From: a virus
Lineage: Duplodnaviria > Caudoviricetes
Virus record (IMG/VR): IMGVR_UViG_640753059_000001
DNA length: 64,000 nt
Reading direction: 5' to 3' (one strand)
Below the pieces are notes generated by a model. That model made no database searches, was not told the DNA's origin, and worked only from the letters and a program-made list of their open reading frames with translations. Of the stretch, positions 53,910-62,785 are shown one piece after another. Made by a program: the position numbers and the translations under genes. Every line of letters begins with the position of its first letter. Position 1 is the stretch's first letter.

Positions 53910-55385
53910 ATGCCCTTCAATCCTCTCACGTTCGTCCGGTTCGCGGCGGGCCAGTATTCCTACCGCACGTCCGACCTCGGCGGCGAGGTGCAGGAACCCA
54001 GCTATTTCAACCCGGCGCGGGGCATGTCCCTCAGCGTCGGCGACATGATCTTCGCGACGGTGGCGATCGGGGCCGGCGCGGAGACGCGGCGGATGGTCGT
54101 GACGCAGACCGATCCCATGGTGATCACCCGGCTGGCTGGCGATGTCGACACCGCTGTTGCCTCCTGTGCGCTCTTGGCGCCGATGGGCTTCAACCTCAAT
54201 ACGATGGTCCTGGCTGGGGACAGCCGATTCGCGGGGTTCTACAACGACCCCAGCACCAAGCTGATGCGCCAGGGCGGCAATTTCCTGCGCTACGGCCTCG
54301 CCCTCTCGGGACAGCGGATGCGGGTGGAGAAATCCTTTGCCGTGTCCGGGCAGAGGTCCGATCAGTACCTGTCGGCCGCAAACATGGCTGCGATCTTGGC
54401 ATGCAAGAGCAACTGGTTGCTTATCCCGGGCATTGTCAATGACATCGGCCTGAATGGAAACTCGATCGATTATTGGTCTGTGACTGTCAAGCCCGCCATT
54501 GAGCAGTGGATTGCCACGGGCCGGAGCGTCATCCTGTTTACGGAAACGGGGTCGAATACCTATACGACGGCTGCGCAGAAGGGCGCAGTCTTTAAGTACA
54601 ACCAGCAGGTCCGCGACTATTGCAGGGCCAACAAGAATGCGATCCTGTTCGACGTGGCGGCGATCGTCATGCAGCCCGGCGCCGATATGACCATCAACCC
54701 GGCATACTCCGGGGATGGTCTCCACATCGGTCTGGTCGCCGGCGCCTATGCGGTCGGCAGTAGGTTCGCCGACCTGGTCAAGCAGTTGGTTCCGCCGTGC
54801 GACACCCTTTCCTATTCCGTTGGGCAGGTGATCGCCAACGGCGGAGTGCAGATCTTTTCGAACCCGTTGTGGGCCAACACCGCCGGCGGCACCGGCAGTG
54901 GCATCATGACAGGTGTCATCCCGGCCGGGATCACCGGCATTTCCGCGCCCGCCGGCTCGTCCATCGTGGGCTCGGTGGCGGCGGGTGCCTATGGCAACGA
55001 CCTCCAGTTCGCGCTCACGGCGGGGGCGGCGGGGGTCTTCAAGGTCAAGTGCGACTTCATCACCGAGCAGGAGATCGTCGGCGAAACCTACTTCGCCAAC
55101 GGCGAGTTCGATGTGGCCGCGGGGGCGAGCAACTTCCAGTCCTGTGGCGTCCACTTGGAGTGCAACAGGGCCGGACTGACGACGCAGACCGAGGATGGCT
55201 TCGTCAGCACTGCCAACGGCAACCTGCCGTCTGGCGCCTATTCCTTTGTCTCCGAGACGGAGCGCATTGTCATCCCGTCCGGCGCCCGAGGCTGGCTCTC
55301 GGCCTGGCTGGTCTTCTACTTCTCGGCTGCCGGTAGTGCCACCATCAAGAACCGGCGCTTCGGCGTCTGGAAAATGCAGAGCTAA
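53910..55385 (+). CDS. SGNH/GDSL esterase-domain tail protein
   Basis: VLAGDS, VSG, G.VNDI, DGLH blocks; C-terminal beta-sandwich. Confidence 0.75.
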   Translation: MPFNPLTFVRFAAGQYSYRTSDLGGEVQEPSYFNPARGMSLSVGDMIFATVAIGAGAETRRMVVTQTDPMVITRLAGDVDTAVASCALLAPMGFNLNTMVLAGDSRFAGFYNDPSTKLMRQGGNFLRYGLALSGQRMRVEKSFAVSGQRSDQYLSAANMAAILACKSNWLLIPGIVNDIGLNGNSIDYWSVTVKPAIEQWIATGRSVILFTETGSNTYTTAAQKGAVFKYNQQVRDYCRANKNAILFDVAAIVMQPGADMTINPAYSGDGLHIGLVAGAYAVGSRFADLVKQLVPPCDTLSYSVGQVIANGGVQIFSNPLWANTAGGTGSGIMTGVIPAGITGISAPAGSSIVGSVAAGAYGNDLQFALTAGAAGVFKVKCDFITEQEIVGETYFANGEFDVAAGASNFQSCGVHLECNRAGLTTQTEDGFVSTANGNLPSGAYSFVSETERIVIPSGARGWLSAWLVFYFSAAGSATIKNRRFGVWKMQS

Positions 55386-55472
55386 CCGCCCTCCGCCCAT
55401 CCCCCATCACACTCTGCGCCGGCCCGCCTCTCGCCAGGGAGCGCGGCCGTGCGCGCATGCAAGGACCCATCC

Positions 55473-56654
55473 ATGGCAAAACCCACGTATCCCATCGAGA
55501 AGGTGGCGCCCACCTATCGCCCGCTGTGGGACCGCGCCAAGATCAATGCGGCCGGCTCCCGTGTCACCGCCGCCGCGAATCTGGTGCTCGCCGGCAAGTC
55601 CCGTTACCTCGCTGTGGAGGCCGCTACCGGCGCGCCCTGGTGGTGGGTGGGTGTCATCCACTACCGCGAGAGCGCCTGTGATTTCGCCGGCGTCTTGCAT
55701 AACGGCGAAGAGATCATCGGGACCGGACGGAAGACGACGCTGGTGCCCGAGGGCCGAGGCCCCTTCAAGACCTGGCAGGCCGGGGCGATCGACGCCCTCC
55801 TCATCAAGGGGATCAAGCCCGGCTCTCACGTCTGGACGCTCGGCACCGCCCTCTACAAGGGGGAGGAGTTCAACGGCTTCGGTTACCGGGCGCGCCGGAC
55901 GCCCAGCGCCTACCTGTGGAGCGGCACCACCATCTACATGGGCGGCAAGTACATCCGGGATCACGTCTGGTCTCCGACCGCCATGGACAAGCAGCTGGGG
56001 ATCGTCCCCATCATCATGAAGCTGATGGAATTGGACGACAGCGTGCGCTTCGCGGATGAGGCGGAGGTCATCCCGGCTGGTCCGGCAGCGGCGTCGGCTA
56101 CCGATGCTCCGGCGCCGGCGGAGATCAACCCTGATGACGGTCTATCCAAGGGCGAGATCGAGGCGCTCCAGCAGCGCCTGCGCGACCTCGGCTATTCCGA
56201 GGTGGGGCGGGTGGATGGCAAGTGGGGTCCGCGCACCATCGCGGCGGTGAGCGCCTTTCAGGCGACCTCGGGCCTGCCGGTCACCGGAGAGTTGGACAAG
56301 GCCACGGCCGCGGCGCTCACCACCTCCGGCCCGCGCCCCGTCTCGGCCGAGCGCAAGAGCACCACGGCGACGGACCTGCGCAAGGCGGGAGACCCGGTCG
56401 CCAAGGCCAGCTTCCTCAACAAGGTCTGTTCGGCGGTCGCGGGCTTCTTCGCGCTGATCTTCGGTGCGGCGCAGGAGAGCGGCACGGCGGTGGGCTACCT
56501 GTCGCCGGTGCGTGAGTTTGTCACCGACGTGCCGCCCATGGTCTGGTTCGGTGCCGTGGCGACTGTGGCGGCCGTCATCTGGTGGCAGGCCAACCGAGCC
56601 GAGCGCGCCGCCGTCGCCGATGTGCGCAGCGGGCGGGATGCGGGGCCGGCATGA
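55473..56654 (+). CDS. Endolysin: lysozyme-like domain + peptidoglycan-binding domain + C-terminal TM
   Basis: IHYRE..LHNG, E.FNGFGY..S.YLWSGT; LQQRL..LGY..VDG.WG..T..AV..FQ. Confidence 0.85.
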   Translation: MAKPTYPIEKVAPTYRPLWDRAKINAAGSRVTAAANLVLAGKSRYLAVEAATGAPWWWVGVIHYRESACDFAGVLHNGEEIIGTGRKTTLVPEGRGPFKTWQAGAIDALLIKGIKPGSHVWTLGTALYKGEEFNGFGYRARRTPSAYLWSGTTIYMGGKYIRDHVWSPTAMDKQLGIVPIIMKLMELDDSVRFADEAEVIPAGPAAASATDAPAPAEINPDDGLSKGEIEALQQRLRDLGYSEVGRVDGKWGPRTIAAVSAFQATSGLPVTGELDKATAAALTTSGPRPVSAERKSTTATDLRKAGDPVAKASFLNKVCSAVAGFFALIFGAAQESGTAVGYLSPVREFVTDVPPMVWFGAVATVAAVIWWQANRAERAAVADVRSGRDAGPA

Positions 56655-57028
56655 GCGCGCTGATCGCTGCCGCGCTTGCCTCGGTCTGGATCATCCCGGC
56701 CGTCTCGGGCCTCGCCGCCGGCATCGTCGCCGGCTGCTTCGGTGGGGATTGGGGGCTCGCCCTCATCGCCGCCCTGACGGTGGGCGCCGCCGTCCTCGCC
56801 TATCGCCTCCTCGGTCTCAAGGCCGCGCTCGCCGCGCTCGCCGCCGGGGCGGCCCTCTTCGCCTACCGATTTGGCGAGCGCAAAGGCGCTGCCAGCCAAT
56901 CCGCCAAGGAGAAAGCCGATGCCGACCGCCGTGCGACCGCGCGCGAGCGCACCATTGACGAGGTCCGCAACCTTCCTGATGCTGAGCTGCGTCGCCGTGC
57001 TCGCCGCTGGGTGCGCGACGACCGGTAG
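56651..57028 (+). CDS. Membrane lysis protein (i-spanin-like)
   Basis: Hydrophobic N-terminal half and charged C-terminus. Confidence 0.6.
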   Translation: MSALIAAALASVWIIPAVSGLAAGIVAGCFGGDWGLALIAALTVGAAVLAYRLLGLKAALAALAAGAALFAYRFGERKGAASQSAKEKADADRRATARERTIDEVRNLPDAELRRRARRWVRDDR

Positions 57029-57233
57029 CGGAACGGCGCCCAGGGTGGAGTGCCGGGGGCGCGAGCCGATCCCCATCACTGAAGAGCAGGCGGCGACGGA
57101 GCCTCCGGAAATCCTCGCCCCCAAGGTCTCGCACAATGAGATCCTTGCACGGGAATGCGGCACGAAGCCGCCGAACCCGAGTGGGCAGGCGAAGGCCAAG
57201 GCGGCGGTAAAGACGAAGGGAGGCGGCCGATGA
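56955..57233 (+). CDS. Overlapping lipoprotein (o-spanin-like)
   Basis: VLAAG-C lipobox in a frame overlapping the previous gene; start uncertain. Confidence 0.6.
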   Translation: MTRSATFLMLSCVAVLAAGCATTGSGTAPRVECRGREPIPITEEQAATEPPEILAPKVSHNEILARECGTKPPNPSGQAKAKAAVKTKGGGR

Positions 57234-57667
57234 CGGGCGCCTTCAACATCCTGCGCCACAACGCTGACCGCTCGATCGAGTGGTTCAGCTCCATCGTCAT
57301 GCTCAACTGGGCCTTCATCCTCAGCCTGCCGGGCGAGACGATGGCGGTGGAAGGCACCTTCTCCGAGTTCAACCACTATGGCATCGCTGAGGAACGGCTC
57401 GCCGTGGTCCTCGCTCTGGTGGGGGCCGTCCGGATCGTGGTCCTCTGGATCAACGGCCGGTGGCCGCGCGGCCCGCTCTTGCGAATCGGCGGTTGCGTGG
57501 TCGGCGCCATGATCTGGGGGCAGGTCGCGTGGCTCATGGCGCTGGGTACCATCGTTGACCGGGGGATCGTGGCAACGGGCACTGGCGTCTATGCCATGCT
57601 GGCCATCGCCGAAATCCTGTCCATCTACAAGGCCGCATTCGACGCGCGTTACGAACGGGGGCGGTAG
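57230..57667 (+). CDS. Four-TM membrane protein (holin-like)
   Basis: Four hydrophobic segments; ATGA coupling. Confidence 0.6.
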   Translation: MTGAFNILRHNADRSIEWFSSIVMLNWAFILSLPGETMAVEGTFSEFNHYGIAEERLAVVLALVGAVRIVVLWINGRWPRGPLLRIGGCVVGAMIWGQVAWLMALGTIVDRGIVATGTGVYAMLAIAEILSIYKAAFDARYERGR

Positions 57668-57670
57668 CAC

Positions 57671-57931
57671 ATGCTGGGGATCACGGTGGCCGACAGCGTT
57701 CTTGTCGGCACGCTCATCCTGGCGGTCCTCGCGGCCTGGCAGGGAAAGAAGGACGGGGCAACAGCCGCCAAGGCAGCCCCCAGCAGCGACGGGACTAAGG
57801 AACTGGCCGAGGCGGTGAAGGATCTGGCCGAGGCCATCCGCGACGGCATCCAGGCTCAGCATGGGGCAGTGCAGCGGGAGACAGCGGAGCTGCTCAAGCA
57901 GGTGTCCTCTAGGCTGGAGCGGCCGAGGTGA
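57671..57931 (+). CDS. Small membrane-anchored protein, last late gene
   Basis: N-terminal TM plus helical tail; GC drops immediately afterwards. Confidence 0.6.
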   Translation: MLGITVADSVLVGTLILAVLAAWQGKKDGATAAKAAPSSDGTKELAEAVKDLAEAIRDGIQAQHGAVQRETAELLKQVSSRLERPR

Positions 57932-58088
57932 GGCGCCGCGCAGCCTTAGATAAAGACACAGATGCCTCCAATTAACGTGACGAGAGGTCTTCGCCAAAGG
58001 GCTTAAAATGTAATTTGGTCCGAAAGCTGGAGTGGAGATAACGGTATGACTATATCCAAAATACTGGCAGTTAAACGTTCACTGCAAT

Positions 58089-58892
58089 TCATTGTTGCAG
58101 CCCTTCCTCGTACAAAAGCGCCTCTAGCTCTCTCCGAATAACCAGGCCCCTCGAATCTGGTGTCGTCCAAAGCCTTTTCATTTTTCTAAGCTGCTCTGGC
58201 ACTTCGCTAAATTTTTGTTCGAGCATCAAATCGTAAATTGCTACCATTTCGGCACGCCTTGGAGATTTTCGCTCCATGGAGCTACCTCTATTATAAATCA
58301 AAGACGCAAGTGCCCCAAGGCTATCGTCGCTGAGCATTTTCGTATTTGGAAAAGCTCGCTCCGTCTCAGCAACGAGATAGGGTATATACCGGCTAAATTG
58401 AGTAAGGGCTGACTGCCAAGGAATCTCAACACCTTGTACTTCGGAAAGTCGCTTCTCTGCGTTCTGACCGCCAGCTCCTAGAGCAGTAGAAAGTATAATC
58501 AAATTTTCCTGTGAAATGATGTCCTTCCAATCTCTATAAAGGATATCCTGATTCGAAAATCGCAGGTCATATCCGATACCTATCGTTACACCAGACTCAC
58601 CGCGCGGCCAAATTGGTTTCGTATACTTTGCGTCGTAACGCTTCTGCCCGCCTACTTCCAATTGGATAATCAAATCGATGGCGCGGCGCGAGATCGCTCG
58701 CGTTGAAGGCGTTCCACGGCCGACACCGCGAAAAGCACCTTGCTCGCGAAATCTCCACGCATTCTCTAGAACGCCAGGGGTTTGTTCATATTCAACAATA
58801 AGATCAGAAAATTGATTAGCGTTTGCAGGTCTATTCATACAAAAGCCAAATATTAAAAATGTCAGAGCTCCGATCGCCGACCTTCTATCCAT
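58089..58892 (-). CDS. Exported muramidase (pesticin C-terminal / GH24-like)
   Basis: Start MDRRSAIG with AGGAG RBS; LEVGG..WP.GESGVTIGIGYDL, ALASLIYNRG, GLVIRRELEA. Confidence 0.85.
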   Translation of the reverse strand: MDRRSAIGALTFLIFGFCMNRPANANQFSDLIVEYEQTPGVLENAWRFREQGAFRGVGRGTPSTRAISRRAIDLIIQLEVGGQKRYDAKYTKPIWPRGESGVTIGIGYDLRFSNQDILYRDWKDIISQENLIILSTALGAGGQNAEKRLSEVQGVEIPWQSALTQFSRYIPYLVAETERAFPNTKMLSDDSLGALASLIYNRGSSMERKSPRRAEMVAIYDLMLEQKFSEVPEQLRKMKRLWTTPDSRGLVIRRELEALLYEEGLQQ

Positions 58893-58936
58893 CGTCCTTG
58901 CTCCTAGATTTCCGATTATTTCGAATTTTAAAGCAC

Positions 58937-60877
58937 CTATTGCCTCACAAAAGATGCGTACTTTTTTGACAATCGAGGAACGAAAGCCTTTATGTTCATC
59001 CATTCGGATTCAAATAACCGCATGCCGCCGTTGCCGATTAATGAGAATTTTAGGACGTGATCCGAGGTTTGATCTGGGATCAATGGCATCAGAAATCTAT
59101 AAGTTTTAACGTCCGAATCTAAGAGATATTCAATATTCTTCCTAACTTGATAGTCCGCGCCGTCAGTTTTTAGTTTGATCGAGTTCACGGCATTGTACAT
59201 TAAAAAGCCGCCTCCAAGCCCTGCTGGCGCATAAATCGGTAGCTTTCCAACGACATCAATCGTTGAAACTCCCTGTGTTTCGTCGCTAGGCCGCAAGACC
59301 ATCTTTCCGATGATGTAGACAGCTAAAGCCGAGTCTTGCTTCTCGACGTCGAAAATATGCGGATTCCTCGACAGCCAGGCGCTGTATCCTTGAGGCGCCT
59401 TCCCGCGTTGCGGCCGCTCATCTGATGGGGAATTGTAAAATGCATACTTATAAAAGCTAAATTGCTTCAATTCCTTAGAAATATCCACCTCGAAATTGAT
59501 AGACCTGTACTCGCTAAAGCCGTCGATATTTTTAGTATATCTAAACTGCCCGTCCTTTTTATCGATAATTAGCTTTTCGATATCGTTATCGTCCTCAACA
59601 ACAAATACATCGAAATCTAAACGTGCAGACTTAACTGACGTCCATCCCTGATTGTATACGACAAGCTCACAGAATTTGTCTGATGGAGCAGCGAGTCCAA
59701 TATACAGTTGTCGATCAGGCTTGCTTCTCTTGACGTCCACAACTAGCTCAGAAATACTTATAGTCGTTTCACGGTTTCGGCGCGCAACTACATCGATCAA
59801 AGGAAATGAGATCCCCCAGCCGGTAGTCCCTTCTTCGAGATCAAAATAGCCGCAGTCCTGGGCTTCAACCCGCGGAGTTCGCCCCTCCGCAAGGGAGTCA
59901 AAGTACGGGTCGTCGGGGCGGATTATTCGCAGTCCATCTGCGTCTAGGCCAGAAAATTTATATGAAAAATCATACTCCACTAGATCTTTAACAGTAACAT
60001 CGTCATAGTCTGCAACTTGGAGATCGACAATTGTGTCTGCGGACAGCAGTGGCGATTTCCTGCTAGGATTTAAGGATAGCGTCTGATCAGATACGCTGCC
60101 GCTAAAATAAGGAGATTGAGTATTTGCTGTCTGACTCTGGACGTCCTTTATGACGTACTGCATTGACTGAACTACTGGGATGTCTTTTGAAGATAACGCC
60201 GACGCAAAAGATCTCGCAAATGGACTCGCTTCAGACCCGTTTCCATCTGACGCAACTTGACCGGGAGCGGCTGAGTATTGTATCAAAATATTTTTTGCTG
60301 GGATATATGGCGCTAACCCTACACTGAAATGCCTATTAACATTTCCGTCAGATTTCATCTGTTCAACAAACGGATTATTGCGGCAGGCGTCCAAAACAAC
60401 GACTCCAAAAGTCCTTGCGAATCCTACAGCCTGCATGATCATGGATAGCTCAATTGTAGTTGCGCTCGCAGAAAATCCGTCCTCCATATCTGCATCGACG
60501 GGCAGTACAAAATTTCGACCCTCAACCTCCACCGCGTGTCCGGCGTAATATATCATTGCTATATCTGCGAGGCGTGCATCTTTGCGAAACTCGCAAATTT
60601 CGCGGGTCATTTTGTCCCGATCTGCATTTAATAGTAATTCCTTTGTGGAAAAACCAATATTTTTTAGTGTCCTTTCGATTAATTTCGCGTCAAACGCGAC
60701 CCCGGACAATGGGCGTTCTTTAACGTATTGATCATTTGCGATTACTAGCGCGGCTCTAGACCGAATATTGCGTTCATCGATATTTTGAGCTAGGGCGGCC
60801 CAGTTTAATGCCGGCAGAAACAATGGTGTTCCTGTGAGAAATTGAACGACTCTCCGCCTTGTTATCCGAGTTTCCAT
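58937..60877 (-). CDS. Exported caspase-family (C14) peptidase with an unknown C-terminal region
   Basis: METRITRRRVV leader; ALVIAN..Y, YYAGHA (His), VLDACRNNP (Cys), SPF, Q.P. Confidence 0.9.
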   Translation of the reverse strand: METRITRRRVVQFLTGTPLFLPALNWAALAQNIDERNIRSRAALVIANDQYVKERPLSGVAFDAKLIERTLKNIGFSTKELLLNADRDKMTREICEFRKDARLADIAMIYYAGHAVEVEGRNFVLPVDADMEDGFSASATTIELSMIMQAVGFARTFGVVVLDACRNNPFVEQMKSDGNVNRHFSVGLAPYIPAKNILIQYSAAPGQVASDGNGSEASPFARSFASALSSKDIPVVQSMQYVIKDVQSQTANTQSPYFSGSVSDQTLSLNPSRKSPLLSADTIVDLQVADYDDVTVKDLVEYDFSYKFSGLDADGLRIIRPDDPYFDSLAEGRTPRVEAQDCGYFDLEEGTTGWGISFPLIDVVARRNRETTISISELVVDVKRSKPDRQLYIGLAAPSDKFCELVVYNQGWTSVKSARLDFDVFVVEDDNDIEKLIIDKKDGQFRYTKNIDGFSEYRSINFEVDISKELKQFSFYKYAFYNSPSDERPQRGKAPQGYSAWLSRNPHIFDVEKQDSALAVYIIGKMVLRPSDETQGVSTIDVVGKLPIYAPAGLGGGFLMYNAVNSIKLKTDGADYQVRKNIEYLLDSDVKTYRFLMPLIPDQTSDHVLKFSLIGNGGMRLFESEWMNIKAFVPRLSKKYASFVRQ

Positions 60878-60931
60878 CGAGACGTCCCCTTTCAAAGGTT
60901 GAACTATCGTCTCACATCAATCAAAAGATGA

Positions 60932-61515
60932 CTAGGCGGCGGGCCCACAAATTTGTGTGGTCGGACTTGTCGTGATTCAAGTTCCCGAACCGGGAGCCTG
61001 AGAGATGTGCCGCCACGAGCTGACCGGTCACGAATTGGCGATCATCGCGCCCCTGTTGCTGAACCAGGTGTGCGGTGTTTGCACGGCTATATGACCGTCG
61101 GGTGATCAACGGCGTTCTCTGGTGCTTCCGTCCCGGGGTACCGCCGCTGGATGTGCCGGAACACTAAGGTCTGCGCACAACCCTCTAAAATCGGATCGTG
61201 CACCAGCGGGGCGCGGGTTGCTCCCCCACCTCGGCTTGGGAGGCATCCTGCTCGCAGATTGGGCCTACAACCGACGCCATCCGCGCCGAGATGGCTGAAA
61301 GCGGTACCTTTGGCAATATCCCGTCCCGCGTCATCCGCAAGCGTCCCTTCGCCTTCTGGCCGTAGCTCTACCGCCAGAGGAGTGCCATCGAGCGCTTCTT
61401 CAACCGTATTGCGCCTTCGCGACGCGTTATAATCGCCGTCTGGACGACTTCCTCGTAATCCTCAAGCTCGCCGCAACAGGCGTCTAGATCGATGCGTTAG
61501 GAGCCCACCCACTGG
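60932..61515 (+). mobile_element. Decayed IS5-family element (internally deleted transposase pseudogene)
   Basis: From ATG 61005: RHELT..E.AIIAPLL, DRRVINGVLW; later LYRQRSAIERFFNR, ATRY; frameshifts and stops. Confidence 0.8.
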
Positions 61516-61544
61516 TGTAATCTCGGCGCGTTAGAGGGGATGGC

Positions 61545-61690
61545 CAACGGCTGGTCCTTCCTTTCGCCGCGCGCCACGATCTCCAGCGCGCCGTCCGGCA
61601 AGGGCCGCTGAAGCGCCTTCGCCTCGTCCCCACGGCGCCAGCATCCAAATCTCGAGCTCCTCCCGGTTCTGTCAGAACGACGGGCATAAA
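61545..61690 (-). pseudogene. SOS-response-associated peptidase (SRAP) 3' remnant
   Basis: [40 protein letters not shown] across two frameshifts. Confidence 0.75.
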
Positions 61691-61812
61691 CTGGCCAGCC
61701 GAGGAACTTAGCAGTTTACCTATTGGCAACGCTCCAGTCATCCCCGTGGTGGCGGATGACGAGAGTTTCTCCGCATCGCAGCATTAGCAATGTCCGCGGT
61801 GTGGGGGATGTA

Positions 61813-62022
61813 ATGACTCGGCCTGAGGTATCTGAATACATTTCTGAAATGGCGTGCGAACTCCGCCGCATAGCTGCGCGAGCGGTTCTGTCGTCGGTAG
61901 CCTATTTCTTGGAATTGGCGGAAGCGGTAGCGCGATCGTCTGGTCCCCATGAAGTCGTGCAGGCCGGCGACCTACGCTCAACGCGGGCATTAAAATGGGA
62001 CGCTCTGGTCCTGCCATCGTGA
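61813..62022 (+). CDS. Small alphaproteobacterial-type hypothetical protein
   Basis: YISEM..EL...A....AYFLELA helix pattern. Confidence 0.5.
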   Translation: MTRPEVSEYISEMACELRRIAARAVLSSVAYFLELAEAVARSSGPHEVVQAGDLRSTRALKWDALVLPS

Positions 62023-62089
62023 ACGGGGCGATTCAGGCCGTTCTGGCAGACGCTGCCCGGCTGTGCTTCATCGGGGTGTTGGCAGAGTT

Positions 62090-62303
62090 GACGCGCGCCG
62101 CCGCCGGCAAGCCGCGCGTGGTAGTGGACGATGTGCGATTCCCGAATGAGGTCGAGGCCATCCGTGTGCTCGGCGGCGTGGTGATCGAGGTCACGCCGGC
62201 GGCGGCCGCCAATCCGGCGACGCTGCAGCACGTTTCTGAGCAGGGCGGGCTCGACTGGGACTTCTCGATCATCAACCCGATGGGCCCGTCCTTCTTCGGC
62301 TAG
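62090..62303 (+). pseudogene. Phage dNMP kinase C-terminal remnant
   Basis: VVVDDVRFPNEVEAIR.LGG.VIEV..HVSE..D..I.N; the P-loop half is missing. Confidence 0.7.
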
Positions 62304-62785
62304 CTCGACCTGCTGGTGGGGGAGCCGAGGCGGCCAGCTGGTGCAAACCTCATTGGCGCGATGGGGGAGTGAGGGCTTTATGGTGGGGAGTGCTAAGAGC
62401 CGACATTAGCGTCCGGCGAAGAAGCAAACCTTCGCGTCATCGGGCGCTCTAAGCCCGAACTCGGCCCACTGCGCGCGCATGACAGCTCTGCCGACGGTTC
62501 TCGTGCGAGGTCCTACCGACCATCCATGTGGTTACCGTCGGAATCTAAAGGGTGCATCCAGGTGATCGCGGAACGGCTTGCCGAGTGGTAGGACGGCACG
62601 CCCCACGAGCCCAGGTGCGTTGCCGATCTCGAAGCGTGCGGTGAGTTGAGGCGTCTACCCTTTACCGGAAGAGGTTTGGATGCCACATGGAGGAAGGCGA
62701 TCAAACAGTTCGTCGAACCAGTCAGTTCCGGTTGCCTTGCCCGATACAAGCGTTAATGTTTGAGGGACAACTCATGAGATGAACC

